From Bacteroidota bacterium (GTDB lineage: Bacteria; Bacteroidota; Bacteroidia; 2-12-FULL-35-15), in the NCBI GenBank assembly GCA_043742725.1, contig JAYTXX010000029.1:1-55161 (forward strand): a DNA stretch of 55,161 bases, written 5' to 3'. A program made the translations under genes and the position numbers. The notes under the pieces are model-generated. The model was not told the origin of the DNA, made no database searches, and saw only the letters and a list, made by a program, of their open reading frames with translations. Shown here piece by piece: positions 20,601 through 28,182 of this stretch. Position 1 is the stretch's first letter, and each line of letters opens with the position of its first letter.

Positions 20601-21371
20601 TTCTTTTGTTTTTTCATATCCTTTTGGAAAATTAAATCTTACAGTTGTGTTTTCTAAAACAAATTCGCAAGGTACTTGCACTCGTTTACCTTCAATCCAT
20701 TGGTATGCAAATGGTCGTTGTTCCACCATTTCATTAATACTTGTTGTAAGTTTTAGCGCTCCTTTTTCAATTGAAATATTTTTTAATCGTTGATAAAAAA
20801 GTTTTATTTCATTGGTGTTTGCCATTGGCGCAACAATAAAATTATATTTCAAACTGTTTTGCATTCCTATTATTTGCAAATCAATTCCTTGATATAAATT
20901 TTTATAATTTACTTCTTTGTAATTTTTTACATTGCCCACCCATTTGTTTTTATCGTTTCCTAAAAAATAATTATTATAATCGTGTGTTGCTTGTTTGGCT
21001 GCTATTTCAACGGAAGGCAATGCATTTTCAAAAGTCATGCGAAATGCATGTGTACGAATTTTGAGTGAGCTTTCGTTTGTAGGTTTGTTGTTTCCAACGT
21101 GATTGTTTCTTACTGTTTCTTTATCATAAAAATTATAGGTAAAGCAATTTTTTTCGAGATATAATTCTCCTCCATCTAATTGGGCGCAAAATTTTATTTT
21201 TTTATCCCATTGATTTTTATTTTCAGTAAACTTTACTGTGTTTTGTGGTTCTGGAGTTTTTACATTTCCTGAAAAAGCCTTTACAAAAAGGGCAAACAAA
21301 AAAATGAACAGGAAATATTTTTTTGTTGGTTGGTTCACAATCGTGTTGAATAAAAAATTATTTATTATCAA
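17682..21371 (-). CDS. Large T9SS type-B sorting-domain cell-surface protein (beta-propeller/SBBP-like repeats, PKD-like domains)
   Basis: 1229 aa. Repeated YSTYIGG / YLGGS...D motifs and PKD-like segments (GCAPLLVTFQNQS, GTYLVRLFV). The C-terminus FVPNTFTPNDDGKNDVLYV...WGQMVFE...GWDG is the gliding-motility C-terminal domain. Confidence 0.9.
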   Translation of the reverse strand: MIINNFLFNTIVNQPTKKYFLFIFLFALFVKAFSGNVKTPEPQNTVKFTENKNQWDKKIKFCAQLDGGELYLEKNCFTYNFYDKETVRNNHVGNNKPTNESSLKIRTHAFRMTFENALPSVEIAAKQATHDYNNYFLGNDKNKWVGNVKNYKEVNYKNLYQGIDLQIIGMQNSLKYNFIVAPMANTNEIKLFYQRLKNISIEKGALKLTTSINEMVEQRPFAYQWIEGKRVQVPCEFVLENTTVRFNFPKGYEKTKELIIDPVLVFACSSGSLADNFGMTATYDAQGNLYSGGTVFGIGYPTTAGAFDVTWNGSSTYEYGRTDVVITKYDSSGIFLQYSTYIGGFTGTEIVTSLVVDASNNLLLYGATGSTDFPTTANAYDNTFNGGVPMYFYRNGTYFYDGTDIYLAKLNSTGTALLASTYIGGSLNDGVNYNNDSIFLFNFTDPVTSVTYPVYESQYDSLQFNYGDQYRGEINVDKYGNAYISSSSRSSNFPIVNGFDNTFSGKQDAVVMKLNSDFSQIIWSTYLGGSDNDAGYALALDDSLNVYVTGGTRSMDFPTTPLAFQTTYNGGKADGYIAKVKNDGTSIIEATYWGTSTYDQTYFVQLDKDENVFVVGQTDGAMPVTTSVYNNPNSGQFITKFDNSLGIIIFSTVFGNGNGKPNISPSAFLVDYCGNIYVAGWGGNILTGPPTIGMPLTSNAYQSTNPDGYNFYLFVLSIDASSLIYASYFGGAQSQEHVDGGTSRFDKKGIIYESVCAGCGGFDDFPVTVGSWPYTSPNYIPYDPSNPYPTGINMDTQKDNCNNGVFKMDFQVPLAQANFTVNNISGCAPLLVTFQNQSTTGGSYLWDFGNNDTISTQLNPTKIYTTPGTYLVRLFVNDPSRCNVADTAYQYITVYPPITADFNFIPTPCSNQVAFYDSSAVAPVSWLWNFGDNDTSTFQNPSHTYASAGNYDATLIVSTANGCKDTTQLPIDYLGNVSVNPSDSICLESDGAQLFATGGIAYQWIPSSSLNASNISNPIAHPSITTTYTVNITTVNGVDTCVRTLTTTVFVFSSVVYSVSATVDKDTLVKGQSTTLHAIADTTLTVLWNPADGLDNPNSFNPIATPTKTTTYTLSIVGAGGCQKIVTVTIYVISMECNEGDVFVPNTFTPNDDGKNDVLYVRSNSIMELYFAVYNRWGQMVFETNDIKKGWDGIYNGMKADPAVFAWYLKAKCYNGNQIFKKGNTTIIR

Positions 21372-21550
21372 ATCAAAGTTACTTATTTTTTTATGCGAAA
21401 CGAAACCTTTTGTGTTTTGTATTTGTTGTGGCTTTCAATTATTCTTTTTGTTCATTTAAACAAATGCTTGTTCATTACTTTATTTTTGAAAATACAAAAA
21501 CCTGTTTTTGTTTTTATAGTTTTATCGAAACAAATTAAAATGTTCTGTAT

Positions 21551-22879
21551 ATGGTGAAAGAGAAAAAGATTTTCGTTCTTGATACTTCTGTTATTATTTA
21601 CGACCACATGGCGGCAAAAAGTTTTAAAGAACACGATGTGGTAATTCCAATTACGGTTCTTGAGGAGCTTGATAATTTTAAAAAAGGAAACGACACCAAA
21701 AATTTTGCTGCTCGTGAATTTACAAGATACATTGATAAAATTTCGAAAGGAAATACATTACAAGACTGGATTAATATAAATGGAAAAGGTCATGGAATGA
21801 TTAAAATTGAAATGAATCAACGCTCAAAAACTGATGCTGAAAAAGTTTTTGGAGAACACAAAGCCGACCATCGAATTTTAAACACTGCTCTTTATGTTTC
21901 GGAAAAATATCCAAAACGAAAAGTGGTGATGGTTACTAAAGATATCAATCTTCGCATTAAAGCAAAGTCATTAAGCTTAAATGCCGAAGATTATGAAACT
22001 GGGAAAATAAAAGATGTTAGTGAATTATATACTGGAAGAAGTGAAATGGAAAAAGTTTCTTCTGAAGTAATCAATGAAATTTATGAGAAAGGGTTTTGCA
22101 AACCAAGTGCTGTATTAAAAAAACAAAAACCACTTTCAAATCATTTTTATATTTTACGAAACGGTGCCAAATCGGTGCTGACATCTTATAGCGCAAGTAA
22201 AGACACTATTGAGCGCGTGAAAAAAGTAACAGCATTTGGTATCAATCCACAAAATGCAGAACAAGCTTTTGCATTGGATGCTATTCTTAATCCGGATATT
22301 AAATTGGTTTCGATACAAGGTGTGGCAGGAACAGGAAAAACATTGTTATCGCTTGCAGGAGCATTGGAGCAACGCAGAAATTTTCATCAAATATATTTGG
22401 CTCGTCCGGTGGTTCCGTTAAGCAACAAAGACATTGGTTATTTGCCTGGCGATATAAAATCAAAACTCAATCCTTACATGGAACCGTTGTGGGATAATTT
22501 GAAATACATTAAAAGTCAATTCAATGAAAAAGACCGTGAATTCAAGCAAATAAACGAAATGGTGGAAAATGAAAAGTTAGTTGTTTGTCCTTTGGCATAC
22601 ATTCGTGGACGAAGTTTATCCAATGTGTTTTTTATTGTGGATGAAGCGCAAAATTTAACACCACACGAAGTAAAAACAATTATTTCGAGAGCTGGAGAAA
22701 ATACAAAAATGATTTTTACTGGAGATATTTATCAAATTGATACGCCTTATTTGGATACACAAAGTAATGGTTTGTCGTACTTGATTGATAAACTGAAAAA
22801 TCAAGCATTGTATGCACACATTACACTTGAAAAAGGGGAACGCTCGGAATTAGCAAATCTTGCAAATTCGTTTTTGTAG
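21551..22879 (+). CDS. PIN-domain / PhoH-like ATPase
   Basis: N-terminal PIN (IFVLDTSVIIYD), Walker A GVAGTGKT, Walker B FFIVDEAQN, and C-terminal GDIYQID. Confidence 0.92.
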   Translation: MVKEKKIFVLDTSVIIYDHMAAKSFKEHDVVIPITVLEELDNFKKGNDTKNFAAREFTRYIDKISKGNTLQDWININGKGHGMIKIEMNQRSKTDAEKVFGEHKADHRILNTALYVSEKYPKRKVVMVTKDINLRIKAKSLSLNAEDYETGKIKDVSELYTGRSEMEKVSSEVINEIYEKGFCKPSAVLKKQKPLSNHFYILRNGAKSVLTSYSASKDTIERVKKVTAFGINPQNAEQAFALDAILNPDIKLVSIQGVAGTGKTLLSLAGALEQRRNFHQIYLARPVVPLSNKDIGYLPGDIKSKLNPYMEPLWDNLKYIKSQFNEKDREFKQINEMVENEKLVVCPLAYIRGRSLSNVFFIVDEAQNLTPHEVKTIISRAGENTKMIFTGDIYQIDTPYLDTQSNGLSYLIDKLKNQALYAHITLEKGERSELANLANSFL

Positions 22880-22890
22880 AAATACGGATT

Positions 22891-22970
22891 GGGTTGTTTT
22901 GTTGTTAAAAGCAAACTGCTTATAAATAATTGTCGCTTGTAAGAACACCAACAACAGCGAGTAGCGCCTT
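22891..22970 (+). repeat. Island repeat copy R1
   Basis: GGGTTGTTTTGTTGTTAAAAGCAAACTGCTTATAAATAATTGTCGCTTGTAAGAACACCAACAACAGCGAG aligns by eye with copies R2-R7. Confidence 0.7.
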
Positions 22971-23009
22971 GCAACATAAAATTAAAAAAACATTTGTTAA
23001 AAAAACAAA

Positions 23010-23210
23010 ATGGCGAAGCCGCTTATTGTTTGGATAATACTCTTTGTGCTAACAGTGCTGTCAATACTGCTTTTTAGTAAAAAAGACATTGAAAAAATAA
23101 CAGGCAAAAATGTAAAGGATAAAACAAACTCCTACAGACTTATAATAGTAACAAGTTTTTTTCTTTCAACCGTTTTAGCCTTAATAATAAAATATATTAT
23201 GAAGTGGTAA
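23010..23210 (+). CDS. Small 2-TM membrane protein (66 aa)
   Basis: Two hydrophobic helices (LIVWIILFVLTVLSILLF and LIIVTSFFLSTVLALII). It is bracketed by repeat copies R1 and R2. Coding status is uncertain. Confidence 0.45.
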   Translation: MAKPLIVWIILFVLTVLSILLFSKKDIEKITGKNVKDKTNSYRLIIVTSFFLSTVLALIIKYIMKW

Positions 23211-23212
23211 TT

Positions 23213-23297
23213 GGTTTCCCGCGCCCTAAGCTGACGGAAAAAAGCAAGATGCTTATAAATAAGTGTCGCTGGTGCTCACCAGCGACTGCGGGAAAAA
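23213..23297 (+). repeat. Island repeat copy R2 (full copy preceded by an inverted partial copy)
   Basis: AAGCAAGATGCTTATAAATAAGTGTCGCTGGTGCTCACCAGCGACTGCGGGAAA with a perfect 10-bp dyad GTCGCTGGTG/CACCAGCGAC. The upstream TTTCCCGC (23215-23222) is the reverse complement of GCGGGAAA (23288-23295). Confidence 0.8.
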
Positions 23298-23441
23298 TTA
23301 ATGCGATTTATCAAAGCATTATAGTAATATCCCATTCCTTTTATAAAAAATCAAGAAATGCTCGAACAGTAAACAAAGAAAATCTGTAAAACATGTAATT
23401 CTTTTGTAGAATCGTGTAACGCTGTAAGATTATAAGTGCTG

Positions 23442-23449
23442 TATCTTTG
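23442..23449 (+). promoter_or_regulatory. Candidate -7 promoter box (TAtcTTTG)
   Basis: TAnnTTTG match 38 nt upstream of the ATG at 23488. Confidence 0.4.
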
Positions 23450-23487
23450 TATTGTACAAATTAATTAACAATTTAAATTTATAAAAA

Positions 23488-24021
23488 ATGAAAAAAAATA
23501 AAATTTCAACATGGGTAGCTTTATCCTTTATTGCTTTATGTATAATATCTATAAATGCATGTGAAAAAAGCGGCAAGACTTCTACTTTGCAAGTAAGGCT
23601 AACCGATGGACCGACAAACTTACGAGAAGTTAATGTGGATATACAACAAGTAATGGTTAAATTTGACAATGATACTTCAAATTTAAACAATGGTTGGGTA
23701 TCATTGCCTACTAACGCTAGAGTGTATAATTTACTTAGCCTTCAAAATGGTATTGATACAGTACTTGCTACAGGACCAATACAACAAGATGTAGTAAAAC
23801 AAGTACGGTTTATATTAGGTTCTAATAATACTGTTATGGATACACTTGGTGTAGTCTATCCGCTTTCGATACCAAGTGGTAGCGAAAGTGGCCTCAAAAT
23901 TAAAGTATCTAAAAAACTTAGTCTTACTTTAGAAACCTTAGTAATAGATTTTGATGCTGAATTATCTATTAAGCAGGAAACTGATGGTTACAAACTTCGT
24001 CCTGTTTTAAAAATCAAATAG
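23488..24021 (+). CDS. DUF4382-like lipoprotein
   Basis: Lipoprotein-type signal ending SINAC. The pattern LQVRLTDGP...VNVDIQQV...YNLLSLQNG...SGSESGLKIKV is one I recognise from DUF4382 proteins. Confidence 0.75.
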   Translation: MKKNKISTWVALSFIALCIISINACEKSGKTSTLQVRLTDGPTNLREVNVDIQQVMVKFDNDTSNLNNGWVSLPTNARVYNLLSLQNGIDTVLATGPIQQDVVKQVRFILGSNNTVMDTLGVVYPLSIPSGSESGLKIKVSKKLSLTLETLVIDFDAELSIKQETDGYKLRPVLKIK

Positions 24022-24040
24022 TAAACAATTATTTAAATAA

Positions 24041-24072
24041 AAAAGCAACACTTCTTAAGGTGTTGCTTTTTT
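24041..24072 (+). terminator. Intrinsic terminator after the DUF4382 gene
   Basis: Stem GCAACAC/GTGTTGC (24045-24051 / 24060-24066) followed by TTTTTT. Confidence 0.7.
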
Positions 24073-24075
24073 ATT

Positions 24076-24114
24076 GCAAGATGCTTATGACATTGCACGA
24101 GCGACTGCGGGAAA
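24076..24114 (+). repeat. Island repeat copy R3 (degenerate; left arm of the hairpin missing)
   Basis: GCAAGATGCTTATGACATTGCACGAGCGACTGCGGGAAA keeps both conserved ends of the repeat. Confidence 0.55.
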
Positions 24115-24216
24115 CACCTACTAAAATATACCAACACCAGCATACCACAAAATTGGATAAATAAAATTAATTCCAAACTGGTGTTTGAACAAATAACCAA
24201 ATTGGTAACTTTTTTC

Positions 24217-24224
24217 TATCTTTG
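24217..24224 (+). promoter_or_regulatory. Candidate -7 promoter box (TAtcTTTG)
   Basis: TAnnTTTG match 22 nt upstream of the higB ATG. Confidence 0.4.
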
Positions 24225-24246
24225 CAGAAGTATATAACAATACAAC

Positions 24247-24564
24247 ATGAACATATATAACAGAAGTAGTATTGTAGATTATTATAATAGGCATCCCGAT
24301 TGTAAACAAACATTGGAAAAATGGTATAATGATGTTTTAACGAAGGAATGGAAAAAGCCAACTAATGTTATCGTAGATTTCAACAAAGCAAGAACAATAA
24401 AAAACAACAGAGCTATATTTGAAATTAATGGTAATGATTATAGACTGATAGTAGAATTAAATTATGAAAAGGGGTGGATTTTTATAAAGTTTATCGGCAC
24501 TCACGCTGAATATGATAAGGTAGATGCTGAAACAATAGATTTGTATAGAAAGAAGAAAAAATAA
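24247..24564 (+). CDS. higB: Type II toxin HigB (RelE-fold mRNA interferase)
   Basis: 105 aa. HPDCKQTLEKWYNDV...W.KP..V...F.KARTIKNNRAIFEINGNDYRLIVELNYEKGWIFIKFIGTHAEYDK matches the HigB_toxin family pattern. Confidence 0.9.
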   Translation: MNIYNRSSIVDYYNRHPDCKQTLEKWYNDVLTKEWKKPTNVIVDFNKARTIKNNRAIFEINGNDYRLIVELNYEKGWIFIKFIGTHAEYDKVDAETIDLYRKKKK

Positions 24565-24592
24565 GAGTGGAAAAGTGTAAAAAAAATCGGTA

Positions 24593-24949
24593 ATGGAACT
24601 TAAAATTATTAAAACAAAAAAAGACTATCACGCAGCTTTAGAAAGATTTGAAGAACTATTTTCTGCAAAAAAAGGAACGAAAGATAGCAATGAAGCGGAT
24701 GTTTTGGCTTTATTAATTCAAAACTATGAAGACAAACATTTTGTTATTGATGCTCCCAACCCAATAGAAGCTATAAAATACCGAATGGAGCAACAAGGTT
24801 TGACTAACCAAGATTTGGCTACTATACTGGGTTATAAAAGCAGAGTAAGTGATATTTTTCATAACACAAGAAAGCTGAATTTAAAAATGATTCGTAAGTT
24901 ATATGAAACATTACACATTCCATTAGAAACTTTAATGAAGGAATATTAA
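24593..24949 (+). CDS. higA: HigA-type HTH antitoxin
   Basis: 118 aa, 28 nt downstream of higB. The N-terminal helix IKTKKDYHAALERFEELF and the HTH GLTNQDLATILGYKSRVSDIF are typical of HigB partners. Confidence 0.85.
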   Translation: MELKIIKTKKDYHAALERFEELFSAKKGTKDSNEADVLALLIQNYEDKHFVIDAPNPIEAIKYRMEQQGLTNQDLATILGYKSRVSDIFHNTRKLNLKMIRKLYETLHIPLETLMKEY

Positions 24950-24950
24950 T

Positions 24951-25018
24951 TTTGTTGAACCGTAAAAAACAAGATGCTTATAAATAATTATCGTTGGTAA
25001 GAACACCAGCGACTGGAG
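24951..25018 (+). repeat. Island repeat copy R4
   Basis: TTTTGTTGAACCGTAAAAAACAAGATGCTTATAAATAATTATCGTTGGTAAGAACACCAGCGACTGGAG; stem TCGTTGGT/ACCAGCGA. Confidence 0.7.
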
Positions 25019-25027
25019 TTGAAAACA

Positions 25028-27361
25028 ATGAAAAAACTAAAAAAACCTATTCTTATTGGCATTACCATCATCATCGTTTTTGTGGTATTGGTAATTGCCT
25101 TCGTTTCTCCCATCACCAAATATCTTGTTGAAAAATATGATGTGAAAATTCTTGGTAGAGAAATTACATCGGACTGGATGTATGTAAATCCTTTTACTGG
25201 CTATGTTCATATAGGCAACCTTAAAATATACGAAGAGAAAAGTGATAGTATATTTGTTTCAGCCCAAAGTGTGAGCGCAAATTTCACAACAAGCAAACTG
25301 TTTTCGAAGACGATTGATATAAGTGAAATAACACTTTACCATCCTCGAGGTATGATACTTTACAATGATAAAACGCTAAACTTCCAGGATATTATTGATA
25401 GGTTTTCAAGAGGTAAATCAAAGAAAAAAGTAAAGAAAAAATCAAGTTTTCACTTTAATATTTTTAAAATAAAAATTGTTGATGGAGAATTTCATTATAG
25501 GGAAAACATTACTCCTGTAAATTATTTTGTAAAGCATGTGAATATTGAAAGCAATGGAAAACGATATGATGTGGATACTATGGAGGCTACCGTTTCACTT
25601 GTTTCGGGTATTGGCAAAGGCGATTTGAGTGGGCACATATCAACTAATTTCAATACACTCGATTATCGTTTCAATGCACTTGTTCATCAATTCGATGCAA
25701 AAATTATTACGCAATATGTAAAAGCATTAATTAACTATGGTAGCTTTAAAGCAAGTGTAGGTGGGGATATAAAAGTTACAGGCAATTTTAAAAGTAAAGA
25801 GAATGTGGTGTTGAAAGGATTGATAACTATTAATGATTGTCATTTGAGCAAAAATTCGGTAGAAGATTATTCATCGTTTGAAAAATTTACTTTGTTTATT
25901 AATGAAATAAGCCCTTCAAAACATGTGTATCTTATCGATTCGGCTTCGATAATTCATCCCTATTTTAAGTTTGAATTATACGATAATCATTGGGATAATA
26001 TTCAAGAAATGTTTGGCAGAGAAGGAGCAAATATAAAAGCGGCAAATGCCAATTCGGGAAATTACAATTGGCTTATTGAATTTGCAAAATATATTAAAGT
26101 GCTATCAAAAAACTTTTTCAAAAGCAATTATAAAATCAACCGACTGGCTATATATAACGGACATTTTAGATATAGTGATTATACATTGAGTGAAAAGTTT
26201 TCGGTGGATGTAGGTCCTATTAATGCAATAGCTGATTCAATAAATAAAAATGGGCAATGGGCAAAAGCTATTTTTAAAACAGGAATTAACCCTTCTGGAA
26301 GTGCTTTTGTGGCAGTAAAAATAAATCCAAAAGACAGTTCGGATTTTGATGTTAATTATACTATTAAAAATATTCCTTTAACTCTTTCAAATCCTTATTT
26401 AATAAAATATACTTCCTTTCCTGTTGATAGAGGAACGGTGGAACTCAATGGAAGTTGGACTGTAAGAAATAACATTATAAACAGTAATAATCATTTACTG
26501 GTAATAGACCCAAGAATAAACAACAAAATGAGGAACCACAACAATAGCTGGATTCCGATGAGGTTTTTAATGTTTTTTGCCCGCAAACAAGCCAATGTAA
26601 TTGATTATGAAATTCCAATTACAGGAAACTTGAAAGACCCCAAGTTTCATTTGAAGGATGTTATTTTCGATGCGCTTACCAATGTTTTTGTGAAACCAGC
26701 AACAGCAGTATATAGAACAAATGTAAAAACTACTGAAAAGGAAATAGAGAAATCAATATCATTAAGTTGGGAAATGAATGGTAGTGATTTGGGAAAGGAA
26801 CAGATACGATTTATAAATAAAACAGCTGATTTTTTAAAAGATAATCCAACTGCTACCATTACAATTCATCCAATTATTTTTGAAGAAAAAGAAAAGGAAT
26901 ACATTGCATTGTATGAAGCAAGAAAAAAATATTATATGCTAAATGTAAAAAACAACCATGAGTTTACAGAAGAAGACTCAATAGCAATAAATAAACTATC
27001 AATAAAAGATGCCTTGTTTGTTAAATATCTTAATCAGCAAACAAAAGATTCAATGTTATTTACCGTTCAAGATAAATGCATTCGGTTAATTGGTTCTAAT
27101 ACAATCAATGCAAAATTTACTCAACTTAATAATGAAAGAGAAAAGCAATTTCGTTCTGCTTTTTCTGAAAACGGCATTGATAAACAGTTGAATTTTTCAA
27201 GCCAAGAAAACACAATTCCATATAATGGATTTTCGTTTTACAAATTAGATTACACAGGTGTGTTTCCTGAAGAACTATTGAAAGCTTATGAACGAATGAG
27301 TGAATTTAATTCTGAAGAACCGCGAGAGGAATATAAAAAGGAAAGAGTAAGAAAAGAGTGA
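25028..27361 (+). CDS. DUF748/AsmA-like membrane-anchored protein
   Basis: N-terminal TM helix (ILIGITIIIVFVVLVIAFV) and recurring G-x-F-x-Y motifs (KIVDGEFHYRE, IYNGHFRYSD). The TTG at 25019 abuts the end of repeat R4 (25018), so ATG 25028 is preferred. Confidence 0.65.
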   Translation: MKKLKKPILIGITIIIVFVVLVIAFVSPITKYLVEKYDVKILGREITSDWMYVNPFTGYVHIGNLKIYEEKSDSIFVSAQSVSANFTTSKLFSKTIDISEITLYHPRGMILYNDKTLNFQDIIDRFSRGKSKKKVKKKSSFHFNIFKIKIVDGEFHYRENITPVNYFVKHVNIESNGKRYDVDTMEATVSLVSGIGKGDLSGHISTNFNTLDYRFNALVHQFDAKIITQYVKALINYGSFKASVGGDIKVTGNFKSKENVVLKGLITINDCHLSKNSVEDYSSFEKFTLFINEISPSKHVYLIDSASIIHPYFKFELYDNHWDNIQEMFGREGANIKAANANSGNYNWLIEFAKYIKVLSKNFFKSNYKINRLAIYNGHFRYSDYTLSEKFSVDVGPINAIADSINKNGQWAKAIFKTGINPSGSAFVAVKINPKDSSDFDVNYTIKNIPLTLSNPYLIKYTSFPVDRGTVELNGSWTVRNNIINSNNHLLVIDPRINNKMRNHNNSWIPMRFLMFFARKQANVIDYEIPITGNLKDPKFHLKDVIFDALTNVFVKPATAVYRTNVKTTEKEIEKSISLSWEMNGSDLGKEQIRFINKTADFLKDNPTATITIHPIIFEEKEKEYIALYEARKKYYMLNVKNNHEFTEEDSIAINKLSIKDALFVKYLNQQTKDSMLFTVQDKCIRLIGSNTINAKFTQLNNEREKQFRSAFSENGIDKQLNFSSQENTIPYNGFSFYKLDYTGVFPEELLKAYERMSEFNSEEPREEYKKERVRKE

Positions 27362-27444
27362 TTTGTTTTTTTGTTGTTGAGCTATTGAAAGCAAGATGCT
27401 TATAAATAAGTATCGCTGGTGAGGACAGCAGCGACTGCGGGAAA
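27362..27444 (+). repeat. Island repeat copy R5 (best-preserved full copy)
   Basis: TTTGTTTTTTTGTTGTTGAGCTATTGAAAGCAAGATGCTTATAAATAAGTATCGCTGGTGAGGACAGCAGCGACTGCGGGAAA. Confidence 0.85.
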
Positions 27445-27471
27445 TTTTTGACCACAATAAACATTTTTTTG

Positions 27472-27479
27472 TAACTTTG
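27472..27479 (+). promoter_or_regulatory. Candidate -7 promoter box (TAacTTTG)
   Basis: TAnnTTTG match only 8 nt before the ATG at 27488, which implies a leaderless or near-leaderless transcript. Confidence 0.35.
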
Positions 27480-27487
27480 GTATTACA

Positions 27488-27953
27488 ATGAAACAACGAA
27501 TTTATATCGACACATCCGTTTTCGGAGGACACTTTGACGAAGACGTTTGCAGAACACACTATTCCGTTGTTTGACAGGCTTAAAAACGATGAATTCACTT
27601 TGCTTTTTTCGACAGTTACACAAGATGAATTAACAAATGCACCAGAAAACATCAGAGGACTTGTGAAGAGTATTAAGGTAGAAAACACAGAATTTATAGA
27701 GACAACACCCGAAGCTATTGACCTTGCATCAGAATACATTTCGGAAAAAGTAGTTGGACAAACAAGTTTTGCCGACTGCCTACATATTGCCTTAGCAACA
27801 ATTAACCGTTCTGACTTCTTGATTAGCTGGAATTTTAAACACATTGTAAATGTTCAAAGAATTTGTGGCTATAATTCGATTAACATTAAAAATGGTTACA
27901 AACAATTAGAAATACGTTCACCCAGAGAATTTGAAAAATATGAAGACGATTGA
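27488..27953 (+). pseudogene. PIN-domain (VapC-like) toxin gene interrupted by a +1 frameshift near 27545
   Basis: ATG 27488 reads MKQRIYIDTSVFGGHFDED and stops at 27572-27574. The next frame continues FAEHTIPLFDRLKNDEFTLLFSTVTQDEL...ADCLHIALA...SWNFKH to 27953. Removing one nt near G27545 gives a continuous PIN protein with the expected acidic residues. Confidence 0.7.
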
Positions 27954-28092
27954 AAAAAAATTTGACGCTGTAAATTTTATGCGTCAACAACGAGACGATT
28001 TAAGCAAAAAGTTGTCGAAGATGACGAAAGCTGAAATATTGGAATACTTTAAGAATCGTAAAACGGAGACGACAATAAAGCCCTGTGCATAA
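27940..28092 (+). CDS. 50-aa partner ORF of the PIN gene (possible antitoxin)
   Basis: Hand translation gives MKTIEKKFDAVNFMRQQRDDLSKKLSKMTKAEILEYFKNRKTETTIKPCA. It overlaps the end of the PIN gene by 14 nt and is below the ORF-track cutoff. Confidence 0.5.
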   Translation: MKTIEKKFDAVNFMRQQRDDLSKKLSKMTKAEILEYFKNRKTETTIKPCA

Positions 28093-28107
28093 AAGCACCC
28101 AGAAGTA

Positions 28108-28182
28108 ATTTGTTTGTTTTTGTTGTTGAGCTATTGAAAGCAGGATGCTTGTCGCTGGTGAGGACATCAGCGAATGCGGGTA
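28108..28182 (+). repeat. Island repeat copy R6 (internal deletion of the ATAAATAAGTA segment)
   Basis: ATTTGTTTGTTTTTGTTGTTGAGCTATTGAAAGCAGGATGCTTGTCGCTGGTGAGGACATCAGCGAATGCGGGTA. Confidence 0.8.

Noticed and set aside
23204-23389. 61-aa ORF spanning repeat R2
   Set aside because: It is made largely of repeat sequence and has no independent support.
27275-27844. 189-aa minus-strand ORF
   Set aside because: It runs antisense across the end of the DUF748-like gene, repeat R5 and the PIN gene. It is Ser/Cys/Phe-rich shadow-frame sequence.
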